From: a virus
IMG/VR virus record: IMGVR_UViG_3300045988_095709
Span: 1 to 64,000 of that record
Reading direction: 5' to 3' (one strand)
DNA length: 64,000 bases
The position numbers and the translations under genes were made by a program. Position 1 is the stretch's first letter; each line of letters opens with the position of its first letter. Of this stretch, positions 50,956-63,692 are shown piece by piece. The notes beneath the pieces were generated by a model. It had not been told where the DNA came from, did not search any database, and was given only the letters and a program-made list of their open reading frames with translations.

Positions 50956-52191
50956 ATGAATATAAGAATTGGAAACGATATCAAATTAGAATTTACATTG
51001 AGGGGACCTGAAAATGTGGATTTTCTTAATGTTAAACAAATGCGCTGTTATTTGATAAATACATCTACAGATAATAAAAATTGCGCATGTGATATATTCA
51101 AAAGATTTCCAAGAGAACCATTCCCTCAATTCTATACCCCATCTAAATATACGTTACACGGTTGTGGAAGATTTGAGTATAATGTAAATCCTAGTTATAC
51201 TAAATGTGGGTATGCATTATCTAGCGGATTTCACGACCCTCATTATTGGCCTTGTTATAACGGATTTGGCATAAATCCAGGTCACTTTATAGATTGTCAT
51301 CACGGTCATCATAATTATAAATCCCCTACATATCTAGCACACTCTGAACTATTAGAAGGAGAAAATAAAGCATGTGCATATTTTCCTGCGTGTGAATAGA
51401 TAATGGCTGGTCCTTATAAATTCGTAGTGGTATTGGTATTATACCAAGACGGATGGGGAAAACATAATCTACATACGTATACTATAGATTACGGTACAGT
51501 ATTTAATTTAGTATGTGACGATAGTGGTCAAGACGGAGATATAATTATAAATTTAGACGAAAATATAGAAGACAACAGTATTACCAGAATAGATATTGTA
51601 ACCGATACTTTATATTTAGAAGAAGGTTCTTCTTTGAGTATAGGGCAAAAAGATCTTATGGGAAATACATACGAAATAGATTTATATCTAAACAACGGTA
51701 GTAAGATAAAATATAACCCTTCGGATTCTAAATATATTTTAAATTTTGAATCTGACGACGAAATATTAACTGTTAATTCTAACGGCCAATTATAGGCTGG
51801 ACAAGTAGACGAAGAAAAAGTAGTAATCGTTACTATCACTAGTGACAATGATATTGTTTCTGAATTTACTGTTCATATTTAGAAAAAGCAATCTCAATAT
51901 ATAGGATTTGCAAATACGACAAATGCTCTTGAATTAGATTTCGAATCTGTAGATTCTGAAAGTAGAAAATTATTTACAGAAGTAGATAATATGGAAGGAG
52001 AGCATCATGTTGAAAATTTCAATAGCGGTTATTATTTATGGATAATAAGTACTAAAGAAATAGCTAGTATTAGTTCTAGTTCGTTTAGTGTTCCTTTATC
52101 AGAACCGTAGAGATTAGATAATTATTATTGTTATTATTGTTTAAATTAGCTTATAAATACTGATTTTACTATAAATATAACATTAAAATAA
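50956..52191 (+). CDS. Hypothetical Cys/His-rich structural protein
   Basis: 411 aa, 5 in-frame TAG. ATG 50956 is preferred, because the track start at 50902 lies inside the terminator hairpin. Confidence 0.6.
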
Positions 52192-52197
52192 TAAATT

Positions 52198-53994
52198 ATG
52201 GAATTTAATGATAATGATGTAAAAGTATTTGGTAAAATTGTATCTATAGCTTCGGAAGGTAAAATTGCAGACACACAATAGATATACGATAGTACATTTG
52301 AAAATGGAGACTTTCAATCTAATATAAATAAAAAATTATTAGATAAAATATAGGAAATAAGTCAAACTGTAACTAAGATTCAGGAAAACATAGAAAAGAT
52401 ATAGGAAGAAGGAATAAAAACAACAAAGAATTATTTTTATACTTCTATAAACAAAGACGAAACTGCTTCTAGTTCAGAAAGAAATAAAAGATCTGTACCT
52501 CGTGCATCTATGTAGGCGATAGTTAATCACATTGATAGTCTAGAAAGGAAATATCCAAGTTAGTATATTTTTACAGGAGATTATATTGTAAACGAACACG
52601 CTACTACAAATGATGAAAATTATATACATTATGATAAAATGTATATATATCACTTTGACAATATGTATAGAATGTATCTTAGTACTTAGGAAATAACTTT
52701 CGACAGATTATCAGAAACAGGAAAAGCTAAAGTAAATCTCAAAGGTATATCTTTTGAATGTGATTCTTCAAATATATAGGAAGAAACTACAACTTGGGTA
52801 AAAGAGGTTTATTTAGACGCAATAAGTGTAAACGAACGTATATAGTCAGAAGACGGTGATATGATGTATAAAAATATATATCGAGTACTTACTGACGATG
52901 GTACGTATAAAAAAATAGAAGATATACTAGGTGTAGATATTATAAATAACGGAGAAGGAAATAAATTTTTATCTGATAATGGACAATATATAGAAATAAA
53001 TTCAGGTGAAATAGAACCCTAGATTTTTACACTTACAGTATAGGCAGATCCTTCTGATTCTATTATAAAATTAAACGATATAGAACAAAACACCATAAGT
53101 GTCGAAAAAGGTTCTAAAGTAAAAATAGAAGTTTCTAAAGAAGGATACATTACTTATTATTAGAGTATAACTGTTAACGAAAATAAAGATTTACAAATCA
53201 AACTCACAAAAGAAAGTGAGATAGTGATAGATAAAGAAGAACTGAATATGAATGTATATAAAGTATGGTTAAAATCGTCTAGTGGAGATCTAGATGAATC
53301 TGCAAACGCTATTATTAAAGAATATTTGGACGAAATAAATACAGGAAATATGGCATTATTGTATATCACTCCTGCGTTTCCTCAGTCTGAACCTGGAATA
53401 AAAGATTATTCTTTAGTTAATTTGTAGTTTTCAAGTACTAGCGGTTTTACCGGATTTGGTTTTTATAAAGATATAGAAACAAGTGATAATGTTGGATATT
53501 TTAAATAGTTTTCTATTAAAATAACAACAAATTCTGAAACATAGAAATATAAAATATCATATTATGGAGAAATTTCAATGGACGCCACAATATTGAACGG
53601 ATATTCTACTGTAAACATACCCAAATAGTATATTTGTGGTATAAATAAAAATGAAGATTCGTATACATTTAGCGGATTCAATAAATCAGAACTTATAGAA
53701 TATATGGATTCTGCTAAAAATCAGGAGGATATAAATATGTACGGACAATCTTACATAACAGTTAGTAGAATATATAACGATGATAGTTGGGAAGTACCTT
53801 ACGATATATATCCAGATATAATAGATAAATCGAAAATAGGTAGTACTGGTACGGTATTGCACGGAGTATCTAAAAATGCAGATACAAACGGTCACAGATT
53901 GGAATTGGAAATAAGCGGATCTACAGATGGAGGAGATGGATATACTATAACAAAATGTCAATATGTAGATCAGAACGGTCAACCGTTAAGTTAA
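52198..53994 (+). CDS. Tail fibre-like protein (N-terminal module shared with 54038..54259)
   Basis: 598 aa, 15 in-frame TAG, full triplet check. Confidence 0.7.
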
Positions 53995-54037
53995 TAATAT
54001 GATATATTATTACCAATACTTATAAATAATAATTATT

Positions 54038-54259
54038 ATGGAAATCAAAGAAAACGACGTAAAAGTATTTGGTAGAGTCGTATCTATAGCTATCGACAAT
54101 AAAGTTGCTAGTTCCGAACAAGTTTATGACGACACATTTGAAGATGGAATGTTTCAGTCGGAAATAAATAAGAAATTAGTATAGAAAATAGACGAAATAT
54201 CTATTTCTGGAGGTGTCGAATCTATTAGTAACGACGAAATAGATCAAATTTGTATATAA
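54038..54259 (+). CDS. Short paralogue of the fibre N-terminal module
   Basis: 73 aa. MEIKENDVKVFGRVVSIA... aligns with MEFNDNDVKVFGKIVSIA... of the preceding gene. 1 TAG. Confidence 0.55.
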
Positions 54260-54261
54260 TT

Positions 54262-55341
54262 ATGAATTTTTTAGATAAAACAGGTCTCCAATATTTTTGG
54301 GGAAAAATAAAGACATAGATAAATAATAGTTTCGCAGCAAACGATGCGATGACTTTTAAGGGTACAATTGGTACTGGAGGTACAGTAACAGCACTTCCTG
54401 CTACACATAAAGTTGGAGATACATACAAAGTATCTACGGCAGGAACATATGCTGGAGCTAAGTGTGAAATAGGAGACATGATAATCTGTGTAAAAGATGG
54501 ATCTTCTGATACAGCTTCTGATTGGACAATCGTTCAGTCTAACATTGACGGAGCTGTCACAGGTCCTACTAGTTCTACAGATGCTCATGTTGCAGTATTT
54601 AATGGAGCCACAGGAAAGATAATAAAAGACAGTGGTTTTACTATAGCAAAATCTGTACCATCTAATGCAGTATTTACTGATACTACATATTCTGTAGCTA
54701 CTACATCTAAAGACGGATTAATGTCTGCAGAAGACAAGAAAAAATTAGAAGGAATAACCGGTAGTGGAGATTATGTACTTCCGGCAGCTACTTCTACTAC
54801 ACTCGGTGGAGTTAAGATAGGAAGTAATATTAGTAACTCTTCTGGTACGATCAGTATTACTAAACAGAATGTTACAGACGCGTTAGGATATACTCCATTG
54901 CAGACAGCTAGTGATACTAAAGTTACTTAGAATACTCCTGTTTCTACTTCTGGTGATTTTAATATGTTAATGGCAAAAACTGCAGGAAACGTAGCTAATG
55001 AAACAAGCGATGTAAACAAAGCAAGAGCTTTCACATATAACCCAGGAACACAGTGTGTAAAAGTATCTAGATCAGACGAAGGATAGAATACTGATACTGT
55101 AATTCTATCTAGTTAGAACGATTACGAATTGAAATTATCTCCTGCTGGAATAATAATGAATACTGGAGATACTCCTAGATTGACTATCGATTCAGACGGA
55201 GGTACGTTCGATAGTGAATTTACAATAACTGCTGTAAAATTTGTTAAGTCTGGAGGAACATCTTCTCAGCTTTTGGTTGCAGACGGATCTGTTGCAACTG
55301 CGATATCTAACGGAGACATAGACGCTATTTGCGTAGATTAA
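54262..55341 (+). CDS. Tail fibre protein
   Basis: 359 aa, 4 in-frame TAG. N-terminus MNFLDKTGLQYFWGKIK. Fibre motif LPAATSTTLGGVKIG. Confidence 0.7.
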
Positions 55342-55354
55342 AAATATTACAATT

Positions 55355-56467
55355 ATGAATTTTTTAGATAAGACCGGACTTTAGTATTTTTGGGGAAAAA
55401 TACAAACATATGTTTTAAATCAACTAGAAGCCATTCCTTTAGCTGGAAAATTTAATAACGGATTAATGTACGCTGGAGATAAATAGTTGATAGATAAATA
55501 TAAATCCATGTGGTAGGATATGTACGGATCTGGTGAAGACGGAAATATGCCATTAAAAAGTATAAACATATCATAGAGTGGTGGAAAATTAGTAATATAG
55601 AGCGGGTCGTAGGATTATTCTACAAGTACAAGTAATATAAAAGAAACAAAAAACATACCGACAGCGACAACATCCGCAGACGGAGCTATGAGTTCTTCTG
55701 ATAAATAGACACTTGATAATTTAAATTCTAAATTATAGGATATAGATTTTAGTAAATATTTTAAAGAAGGAAATATATATACTACTGATGACGAAAGTGT
55801 ATCTTTAGATTTATAGTATCTTAGAGATGTAAAAATATGGTCTTATTCTGGAGGAGAGCAAAAAGCAGCTATATTGGGACATTTTCATTCTGATGTTCCC
55901 GGAAGTAAATTTTCCGTAATATATTAGGACGATACAGCAAATTCCGGACATCCTTTGGTGATAGAAACAATTCCTTATTTTGGAATATTGCTAGGAATGT
56001 CTGAAGGAACTAGTGTTGGTTATTATACAGCAACAAGAGGAACATATTCTACATACATAGGAAGAGGTAATGTTTCGGTATGCGATTCTTAGAGTTCTAC
56101 AGGAATATTAACAGGAAAAAGAGTACAACTCACTTCAAAAGGATATCGTCCTGTTGATAAATAGGGATCTGTAACAATAGACGACACGTGGGCTAAAAAT
56201 AATATGAACAATATAGCTACTTGTGATGCCACTATGGTTGACGCAAAAGTCATAGATATAGATTACGATCATAAAATAGCTACAGTTAGAATAACGATAC
56301 AAGATACAGAGGGGTAGTTTTTTTACGTTAAGACTGGAGGAATCGTAATAGGAGGAACAGCATCTTCAGCGGTAAACGGAGAATATTATGCTAACGTTGT
56401 ATTATAGGTTCCGTACGATAGTAGTGGAAAAGTTTCGTTATACGATAAATACGCAATAACTTGGTAA
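55355..56467 (+). CDS. Tail fibre protein paralogue
   Basis: 370 aa, 14 in-frame TAG against about 5 CAA/CAG. No track ORF here at all. Same N-terminus MNFLDKTGL-TAG-YFWGKI. Confidence 0.65.
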
Positions 56468-56468
56468 T

Positions 56469-59090
56469 ATGAAAAAATATAATACAAATTTATTTGGTTA
56501 GAAATTAAATGTTTCTTAGGCTATTGACTCTAACGCAGAAGGAAAAGGTACTATTACTAGAAACATAGGAGAAAATGCTAATGGAACATTTAATGTTTCT
56601 AATACCGGATCAGAAGATTCTAAAAAGACAATACATTCTATAGGAATTGGAACCAAAGATTCAGATAGAAGTAACGCATTAGAAATAATGCAGAATGGAG
56701 ATGTATATCTATACGGAGTCGGTGGATACGAAGGGGATAATGCTTCAGATTCTAAATCAGTACAATCTGTAATACAGGATTCACAATCTGGTGGAGATTA
56801 TACTTTACCGATAGCTTCTGCTGACACTCTTGGTGGAATTAAGGTTGGAGAAGGTCTTAATATAGACGGAGAAGGCGTTCTTAGTTCTACTAGTAGTGGA
56901 AGTGGTAGCGGTGTAGGTAAGGTTGATCCTAAATCAGATGGTACTGGAGAAATCTTTAACGATTATACAAACAACTCCGCTTCTGGAAAGTATTCTCATT
57001 CTGAGGGATATGGAAATGTTGCAGAAGGAAATTATTCTCATGTTGAAGGAGTTGGTGCTGTCAAACTTACAATAAATCCGGAAAGCATAATGACAATGTG
57101 TGTTGTGATGCAAACTCCGTAGATCAGCGAAGATAAGAAAACTGCTACAGGACAAATGATGAGATTCGACGGAAAACCTATAAACATAGAATCCGGAACT
57201 AAAATATATACTGTAGAAATAGCTGAAGGCTTTTCTTTTTTGCAAACATTGACTGTAGTAGAATGCAATAATACTGATACTCTTGTAGTAGATACTCCTT
57301 TTGACGATTCCGTTATAAATTCGAATTCAGGAGAAGGAATAGCTTTTATTACACAAGAAGTATATGATTTGTTGAATCCGGAAGATATAATTTTACCATT
57401 AAGATCGAAAGGAGAATGTTCTCATTCTGAAGGATATGGAAACGTAGCTTTCGGAAACTATTCACATGCAGAAGGACATGGTTATTCTTGTTCAGACATT
57501 GTACAAATAACACAAATAAGTGAAGACGGTAAGAAGATTTATGGTGACTTTTCTAAATTAGGAGATTCGTCCATAACAGATAGTTCTTTAGTTAGAGATG
57601 TATCTTCTCCTGCGATAATAAAAGCAAATAATGGAAACCATATAAGAACTGTAAAGATACCAGGAGACGTTGGTGGTTACTAGGGATATATGGAATTAAA
57701 CGAATCTATAGGAACGATTGAAGAAGTAGGTTAGGAAATAGTCGTAATTATAGGTTTAAATTATTCTAAGGGATTAGGTTCTCATACCGAAGGTCGTATT
57801 ACAGAGGCTTCTGGAGATTATTCTCATGCAGAAGGAATTTTTTCAACAGCTTCAGGAAAATCTTCTCATGCAGAAGGATCATTTAATGTTTCTTCAGGAG
57901 CGGATTCGCATTCTGAGGGAAAAGAAACAAAAGCTATTGGAATTGCTTCTCATGCAGAAGGATCAAATTGTGTATCAGAAGGATTATATTCTCATGCCGA
58001 AGGTGAAATGGCAAACGCAAAAGGATCTAAATCTCACGCAGAAGGTACTAATACACAAGCAATAGGTGAATCTTCTCATGCTGAAGGAAACAGTACTATA
58101 GCGAACGGAAACGCTTCTCATGCTGAAGGATATCATACAAATACAAATAACGAATACGAGCATGCTTGTGGAAAATATAATTATTCCGATTCGTCTTCAG
58201 ATTATGATTCCTATAAGACTATATATTCTGTAGGAATAGGAACATCTGATAACGATAGAAAGAATGCGTTTGAAATTTCAAAAACAGGAAATGTATACGT
58301 AAAAGGTATTGGTGGATATATCGGAAAAGAAAAAGAAGGAAAATAGACTCTATAGGATACAATAACAGATATAAAAAATAACGGATATTCTGTTACAAGC
58401 TTAAATGTAACAAACGAAAAAGAATATAATGTTTTATTATTAGAACCTTCTTCTGATAAAATAAACGGTACATCTTCGTTTAAATGTGTAGATCTATGTT
58501 TCAATCCAAATACGATAAATGATTGGAGGCACGGATTATTTCTGAAAGAAAGATCTACTGGTTATTATTCTAAAATAGGAAAAGATTCTGTAGAGATATA
58601 CGGAAAAATAGAAGACCAACCACACGTAATAAGTATTCGTAGAAGTAATACTGACATAGAACATAGTTCTAGCGAGTTAGGAAACACTGACGTTTTAATA
58701 CAAAATGAAGGTTTAAAAATAGGTAAATACGTAACAGGAAGCGGATATGAACCGTCTTCAGACAATAGTAATTCTATTTTAAAGAAGAGTAGATTAGATA
58801 TACAAAACCTAACGACAGGTGGTTCTTCTAACACTTCAACTTACATTAGTTCTCAATTGTATGCAGACGATAATGGAAATGTCGATAAATCCGCAAAAAT
58901 AGAAATACAGGGAGAAACATCTAATATAGATCTTCACGGAACTACTGATTCTTATATAAAAATAAATAATAAATATGTTATTACAGGTGCAGAAGATGAA
59001 AAACGTATAAAAATCTGGACCGGAACTCAAGATCAATACGATCAGATCGAAGTTAAGGACGAAAACACATTATATTTTATAACAGTATAA
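56469..59090 (+). CDS. Large tail fibre with SH(A/S)EG repeat array
   Basis: 873 aa, 7 in-frame TAG. Four track fragments share a frame. About ten or more xSHAEGx repeats between 56990 and 58130. Confidence 0.7.
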
Positions 59091-59093
59091 TCT

Positions 59094-59885
59094 ATGAAAA
59101 ATTTAAAAGTTAGTATAATAATGTCTGCATATAATTCTGAAAATACAATAGACACTGCAATACAATCTGTATTAGAACAAACTTATGATAATTATGAATT
59201 AATAATTGTAAACGATTGTTCTATAGATGGTACATTAGATAGAATAAAGAAATATAAATCTGATAAAATAATACTAATAAATCATGAATTTAATATGGGA
59301 TGCGGATGTTCTAGAAAAACAGGAATAGAAAATTCAACAGGAGATTATATTTGTTTTTTAGACAGTGATGATTATTATGATGACAGATATGTGGAAACAT
59401 TAATAAACTATGCAATACAATATAATGCTGACAGTATACAATCTGGTAGAATAATAATAAAATATGGAGAACTTATAGAAAAAATTCCTGAATTTTATGA
59501 TATATCTGGATCAGACAAATTGATAATAGAACCGTCTGAAAACTATAAGTTTTTAAATTCAGCCATGTTTAAAAAAGAATTATTCGACAAAGTTGAATAT
59601 TCTGAAAACAGATATAACGAAGACGGTCCGACGATTACCAAATTAAATATGATATGTAATCGTAGAATATTTATTCCGTATGCTGGATATTATTATAATA
59701 ACGATAATGCAAACAGTCTTACTAAAAATTCAGATAATATTAAAAATATAATATATCATTCTTTAGGAGTGTTTGATGTTATAGATTTTGCGAATAATAA
59801 TAATATAAAATACGATTGGAATCAACTTATAATACATACGTTGAACAATTTAAAAAATATAGAATATACACAAGACGTAATTTAG
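59094..59885 (+). CDS. Family 2 glycosyltransferase (ends at TAG; TAA at 59940-59942 if read through)
   Basis: 263 aa. SIIMSAYNSENTIDTAIQSVLEQTYDNYELIIVNDCSIDGT and a DSDD motif. No internal TAG. Confidence 0.75.
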   Translation: MKNLKVSIIMSAYNSENTIDTAIQSVLEQTYDNYELIIVNDCSIDGTLDRIKKYKSDKIILINHEFNMGCGCSRKTGIENSTGDYICFLDSDDYYDDRYVETLINYAIQYNADSIQSGRIIIKYGELIEKIPEFYDISGSDKLIIEPSENYKFLNSAMFKKELFDKVEYSENRYNEDGPTITKLNMICNRRIFIPYAGYYYNNDNANSLTKNSDNIKNIIYHSLGVFDVIDFANNNNIKYDWNQLIIHTLNNLKNIEYTQDVI

Positions 59886-59943
59886 AAATATAAAAATGAA
59901 TTATTACGTTTGTATTTATATATTATAAAATTAAATATATAAT

Positions 59944-60090
59944 ATGGGAATTATACTTGGACAATTACAAATTAAAGACATACGGTTGGGAACCAAATAG
60001 GTAATCAAAGTGTACAACGGAGAACAATAGATACATAGTAATACGTAGGAACAGTAGATATCAAAAGATCAGGTTGTAGATTTATAGTAA
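59944..60090 (+). CDS. Small hypothetical protein (48 aa, 5 TAG)
   Basis: MGIILGQLQIKDIRLGTK... ending TAG-TAA. Weak call. Confidence 0.35.
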
Positions 60091-60270
60091 AAGATAATTC
60101 TTAAATATTCAAAAAATTTAATTTTTTATTGAAAAAAGTGACATTTTTTTGAAACCACTCATGTGGGGTTTATACGTTATATATAAGTAATTACATATAT
60201 TTTTCGTGCGCACACGAGATTTTTATTTATAACTAACCTATTTTTAATTTATTTTTATTTATTTATTCTT

Positions 60271-61059
60271 ATGGAAGATAAAATCACAGAAAAAGTTTAT
60301 TGTTATGACCATCCTAGCGCTTATAACAACAATAACGCTTGGGAGGCTATGGCTCTTATGAATGGTGGATCAAATTGGTAGAATAACCCATTCATTTATT
60401 TAGTATGGATGATGTTTGCTAATCGTATGTGGGGAGGAGAAAGAGATTGTGCAGGAAATGCTCAGTATATGGCTCTTCAGAACCAGATTAGCGATAACCA
60501 GAATGCGAATTTGGTAATGGACGGTATTAAGGGAACTACCGATGCCGTTCGTCAGTTAGCAGCTAATCTAAATTGCGATTTCAATACTTTGAATTCTGCA
60601 ATTTGCGACGTACGCTCTGGCATACAGCAAGTGGCTGGACAAATCGGTTTCAGCTCCGAAAGAGTAATCAATGCTGTGAATATGGGCGATTGCAATGTTA
60701 TTCAGGCTATCCAGAACTGCTGCTGCCAAACACAGCAGAGTATCTTAAAGATGGGATACGAGAATCAACTTGCAAATTGCAATCAGACGAATGTTCTCTC
60801 TAATGCTATACAAGGTGTAAACGTAGGATTAGAGCGCGGTTTCTCTGCAGTTGCGTATGAGACCCAGAAACAGACGTGTGACTTGCTTAACGCCGGAAAT
60901 TCTAATACACAAAGAATAATTGATGTATTGAATAACCATTGGAATAGTGAGTTGCAGCAGAAGTATGATGATGTAAGAACAGAACTTTCTCAGTACAGAC
61001 AGAGTGCTTATCTGATCTCTCAATTGAAGCCCACTTCAACTACTACTGCGGCTGCGTAA
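60271..61059 (+). CDS. Hypothetical Gln/Asn/Cys-rich protein (GC-richer)
   Basis: 262 aa, 1 in-frame TAG (60379). Followed by a strong terminator. Confidence 0.65.
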
Positions 61060-61087
61060 TTTAAAATTTTAAAATACGTGCAATGAA

Positions 61088-61111
61088 GGGAGTGGAAACA
61101 CTCCCTTTTTT
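61088..61111 (+). terminator. Rho-independent terminator
   Basis: GGGAGTG-GAAA-CACTCCC followed by TTTTTT. Confidence 0.8.
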
Positions 61112-61134
61112 GTTATTATACAATTTGAAAGATT

Positions 61135-61650
61135 ATGACATTTAAAGATTTAAAAACAAATTATCCTGTGTACTTATTTGATAAGAACATAGTGAAGTTG
61201 TATGAAGGTAAAGTAACTAATATAAACGCTCCTCATATTGATATTAAAAATGCTGGAGCAGGTAGAGGAATGGTTGTAGATGTAACAGTACAGTATAATA
61301 CAGAAAATAATGGAAATTAGACGTGTACTTATACTTTTAAAGATTCTACCGAAATAGGATACATAAACAGTCTTGTTATATCTACCGATAAAGATTTAAT
61401 ATTGAAAGAGGTTGAAGCATTATGTAATCAGTCTAAATAGATATTACAATCTGTAGAAACAAATAAAAATATAGTAAATCGTTGTCAAGATATCTTATCA
61501 GAATATAATCCCGCAATAAAAGAGAAAAAAGAATACGATGAAAGATTTTCAAATTTAGAAAATCAAGTAAAAGATATGAAAAGTATGATAGAAACATTAG
61601 TAAATAAATTAAATAATACTTCTGAAAATGAGCAACGAACAGAAAAATAA
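61135..61650 (+). CDS. Hypothetical protein
   Basis: 171 aa, 2 in-frame TAG, checked. Confidence 0.6.
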
Positions 61651-62128
61651 AATAGATAAGATGTCGGCTTACATAAGCGAAGACATCAACGAAAAATAGA
61701 TACAAAAATCTATAATACAAAAATTAATAACCGAAGCAAACAAATACGATAGAGAGTTTGTAGATAGGATGTATGAATACTACGACGGAATGAAGTAGTA
61801 TAATAATTATTTAACAGAAGACGAAGCTTCTTAGATACTGAGTAATTTTGTAAATTACGATGGTACAAAAGGAGCTATGTTTAAAAATTCAATGTGGTTG
61901 TTTAACAGACTTGCTGAATAGAATTTACATTGTGAATGCGCTCCTAATTATAACAAATGGGCATTATATGTTACTATGAATAAATTCGCTTCAGATCAGG
62001 GAAATGTTATAAATAAGTGGATAGGAGAAGATAAAGATAAATTTATAATTGCTTGTTATGATTTATCTACTGCTCAACTCTCAGATGCAGACAGACCGCA
62101 TTGGGTTAGATCTTATTTTAATTTATAA
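61628..62128 (+). CDS. Hypothetical protein
   Basis: 166 aa, 4 in-frame TAG, checked. No track ORF. Confidence 0.55.
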
Positions 62129-62129
62129 T

Positions 62130-62564
62130 ATGATATTTTAGGCAGATGATACATTAATATAGGCAATATGTAATTTTGAAGGTTTAAGAACCACAGCTTA
62201 TAAATGTCCGGCTGGTGTTTATACTATAGGGTATGGACACACAAAAGGAGTAAAAAAAGGACAAAAAATAACTAAACAACAGTCTGTGGAATATTTATAC
62301 TAGGATTTATAGCCTATTGTGGACTACCTAAACAGTATAAATGTGTGTAGAACACAAGGTTAGTTTGATGCCCTTGCCGATTTCATATTTAATTTAGGTA
62401 CTTCTGCATTCAAAAGATCTACGTTATATAAATACATAAAAAATAGATATTCCGACGACGCTATATGTAATCAAATAATGAGGTGGGTATATGCCGGAGG
62501 AAAAAAATTAAACGGTTTAATAAAACGTAGATAGTGGGAATGCGATATGTGGAAATCAAAATAA
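62130..62564 (+). CDS. Endolysin, GH24 (phage lysozyme family)
   Basis: 144 aa, 6 in-frame TAG. NFEGLRTTAYKCPAGVYTIGYGHT and G-TAG-FDALADFIFNLG match the lysozyme family pattern FEG...TIGYGHT / QFDAL..F.FN.G. Confidence 0.8.
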
Positions 62565-62568
62565 CACT

Positions 62569-63039
62569 ATGAACATATTAGCATCTATTGGAAATACATT
62601 TAATACGATAAGCAACGGTACAGAAATAGGAAAATTAGCTGTTGCTGCATCGGCTATATTAGTCGCATATATATCTCCAATAGTTGGATTGTTAATCGCC
62701 TGTTTTGCATGTTCTATCACAGACATGATTTATGGAATCAAAGTAGCAAAACGGCTAGGAAAGAAAATCACTAGTAAAAAGAACTGGAAAGGAACTCTTA
62801 CTAAAATAAAAGACGAATTTACTTTAATACTATTGGCACACCTATTAGAGTATGTAATAGGATATGGTGATAATTTCATACTATCTGGAGGTATAGCTGT
62901 GATTATATGTTTGACTGAAATACTTTCTATATTGGAAAATCTAAACACACTAAACCCAGAAGGACCGTGGAAACTGATAAGTAAATTCTTAAAGAAAAAG
63001 GGTTCTGACATAATGGATATAGATGACAATATAATTTAG
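62569..63039 (+). CDS. Holin (Holin_4_1/TcdE-like; ends at TAG, next stop TGA 63091-63093)
   Basis: 156 aa with several TM helices. LTEILSILENL matches the nE.lSIlEN signature as I recall it. Confidence 0.65.
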   Translation: MNILASIGNTFNTISNGTEIGKLAVAASAILVAYISPIVGLLIACFACSITDMIYGIKVAKRLGKKITSKKNWKGTLTKIKDEFTLILLAHLLEYVIGYGDNFILSGGIAVIICLTEILSILENLNTLNPEGPWKLISKFLKKKGSDIMDIDDNII

Positions 63040-63043
63040 CAAA

Positions 63044-63691
63044 ATGATGACGATAATAAATTGGTTAATAAACAACAAAAGAATCGCCATTGATGCCATT
63101 CTTTGCGCCTGTGCTGCGTTATTTCTCGGTTATGGTATAATTATGCATAATCAAAATAAAAAGCTCTCAGAAAGCCTAGAAATGGCTAATAATAACATAG
63201 AGGCCTATTAGGGTGTTATTTCAGCATCCTAGTAGGCCAATAATGTTTTAAAGCTATAGATGGCTGATTTGAAACAATATAATGATGAAGCTATAAATAA
63301 ATTAGATAGCGTAAGAGAAGAATATAAAATAAATGCTAAAGATTTAAACACCGCTGCAACTTAGACTCAAACTATAGACGTTAATAAGAGTAAGGGGGTA
63401 GGGGGTTAGATTGTTGTAGTAAATGATACTATATATAAAGATAGTATATAGTACAACGATCTTACTAAAGTATTTTATACTATAGGAAAAGATAGTGTAA
63501 ATATAAGATTAGATTTTAAAAATACTTAGTATTTATATATTTATAAAAAGAAAGAATATAAAAATAAGAAAAATTTTTTCCAACGCTTATTTACTTTAGA
63601 TTTCAAAAAAGTAACTAGATATAAATATAGAATAATAAACACAAACAATTTGATTAAAGAAGATAGCGTTAGAGTAATAGAACAGAGTTGA
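63044..63691 (+). CDS. Spanin-like lysis protein (N-terminal TM plus coiled coil)
   Basis: 215 aa, 8 in-frame TAG, checked. TGA stop. Confidence 0.5.
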
Positions 63692-63692
63692 T

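Noticed and set aside
33627-59090. Diversity-generating retroelement acting on the fibre genes
   Set aside because: No reverse transcriptase ORF and no template/variable repeat pair were seen in this window.
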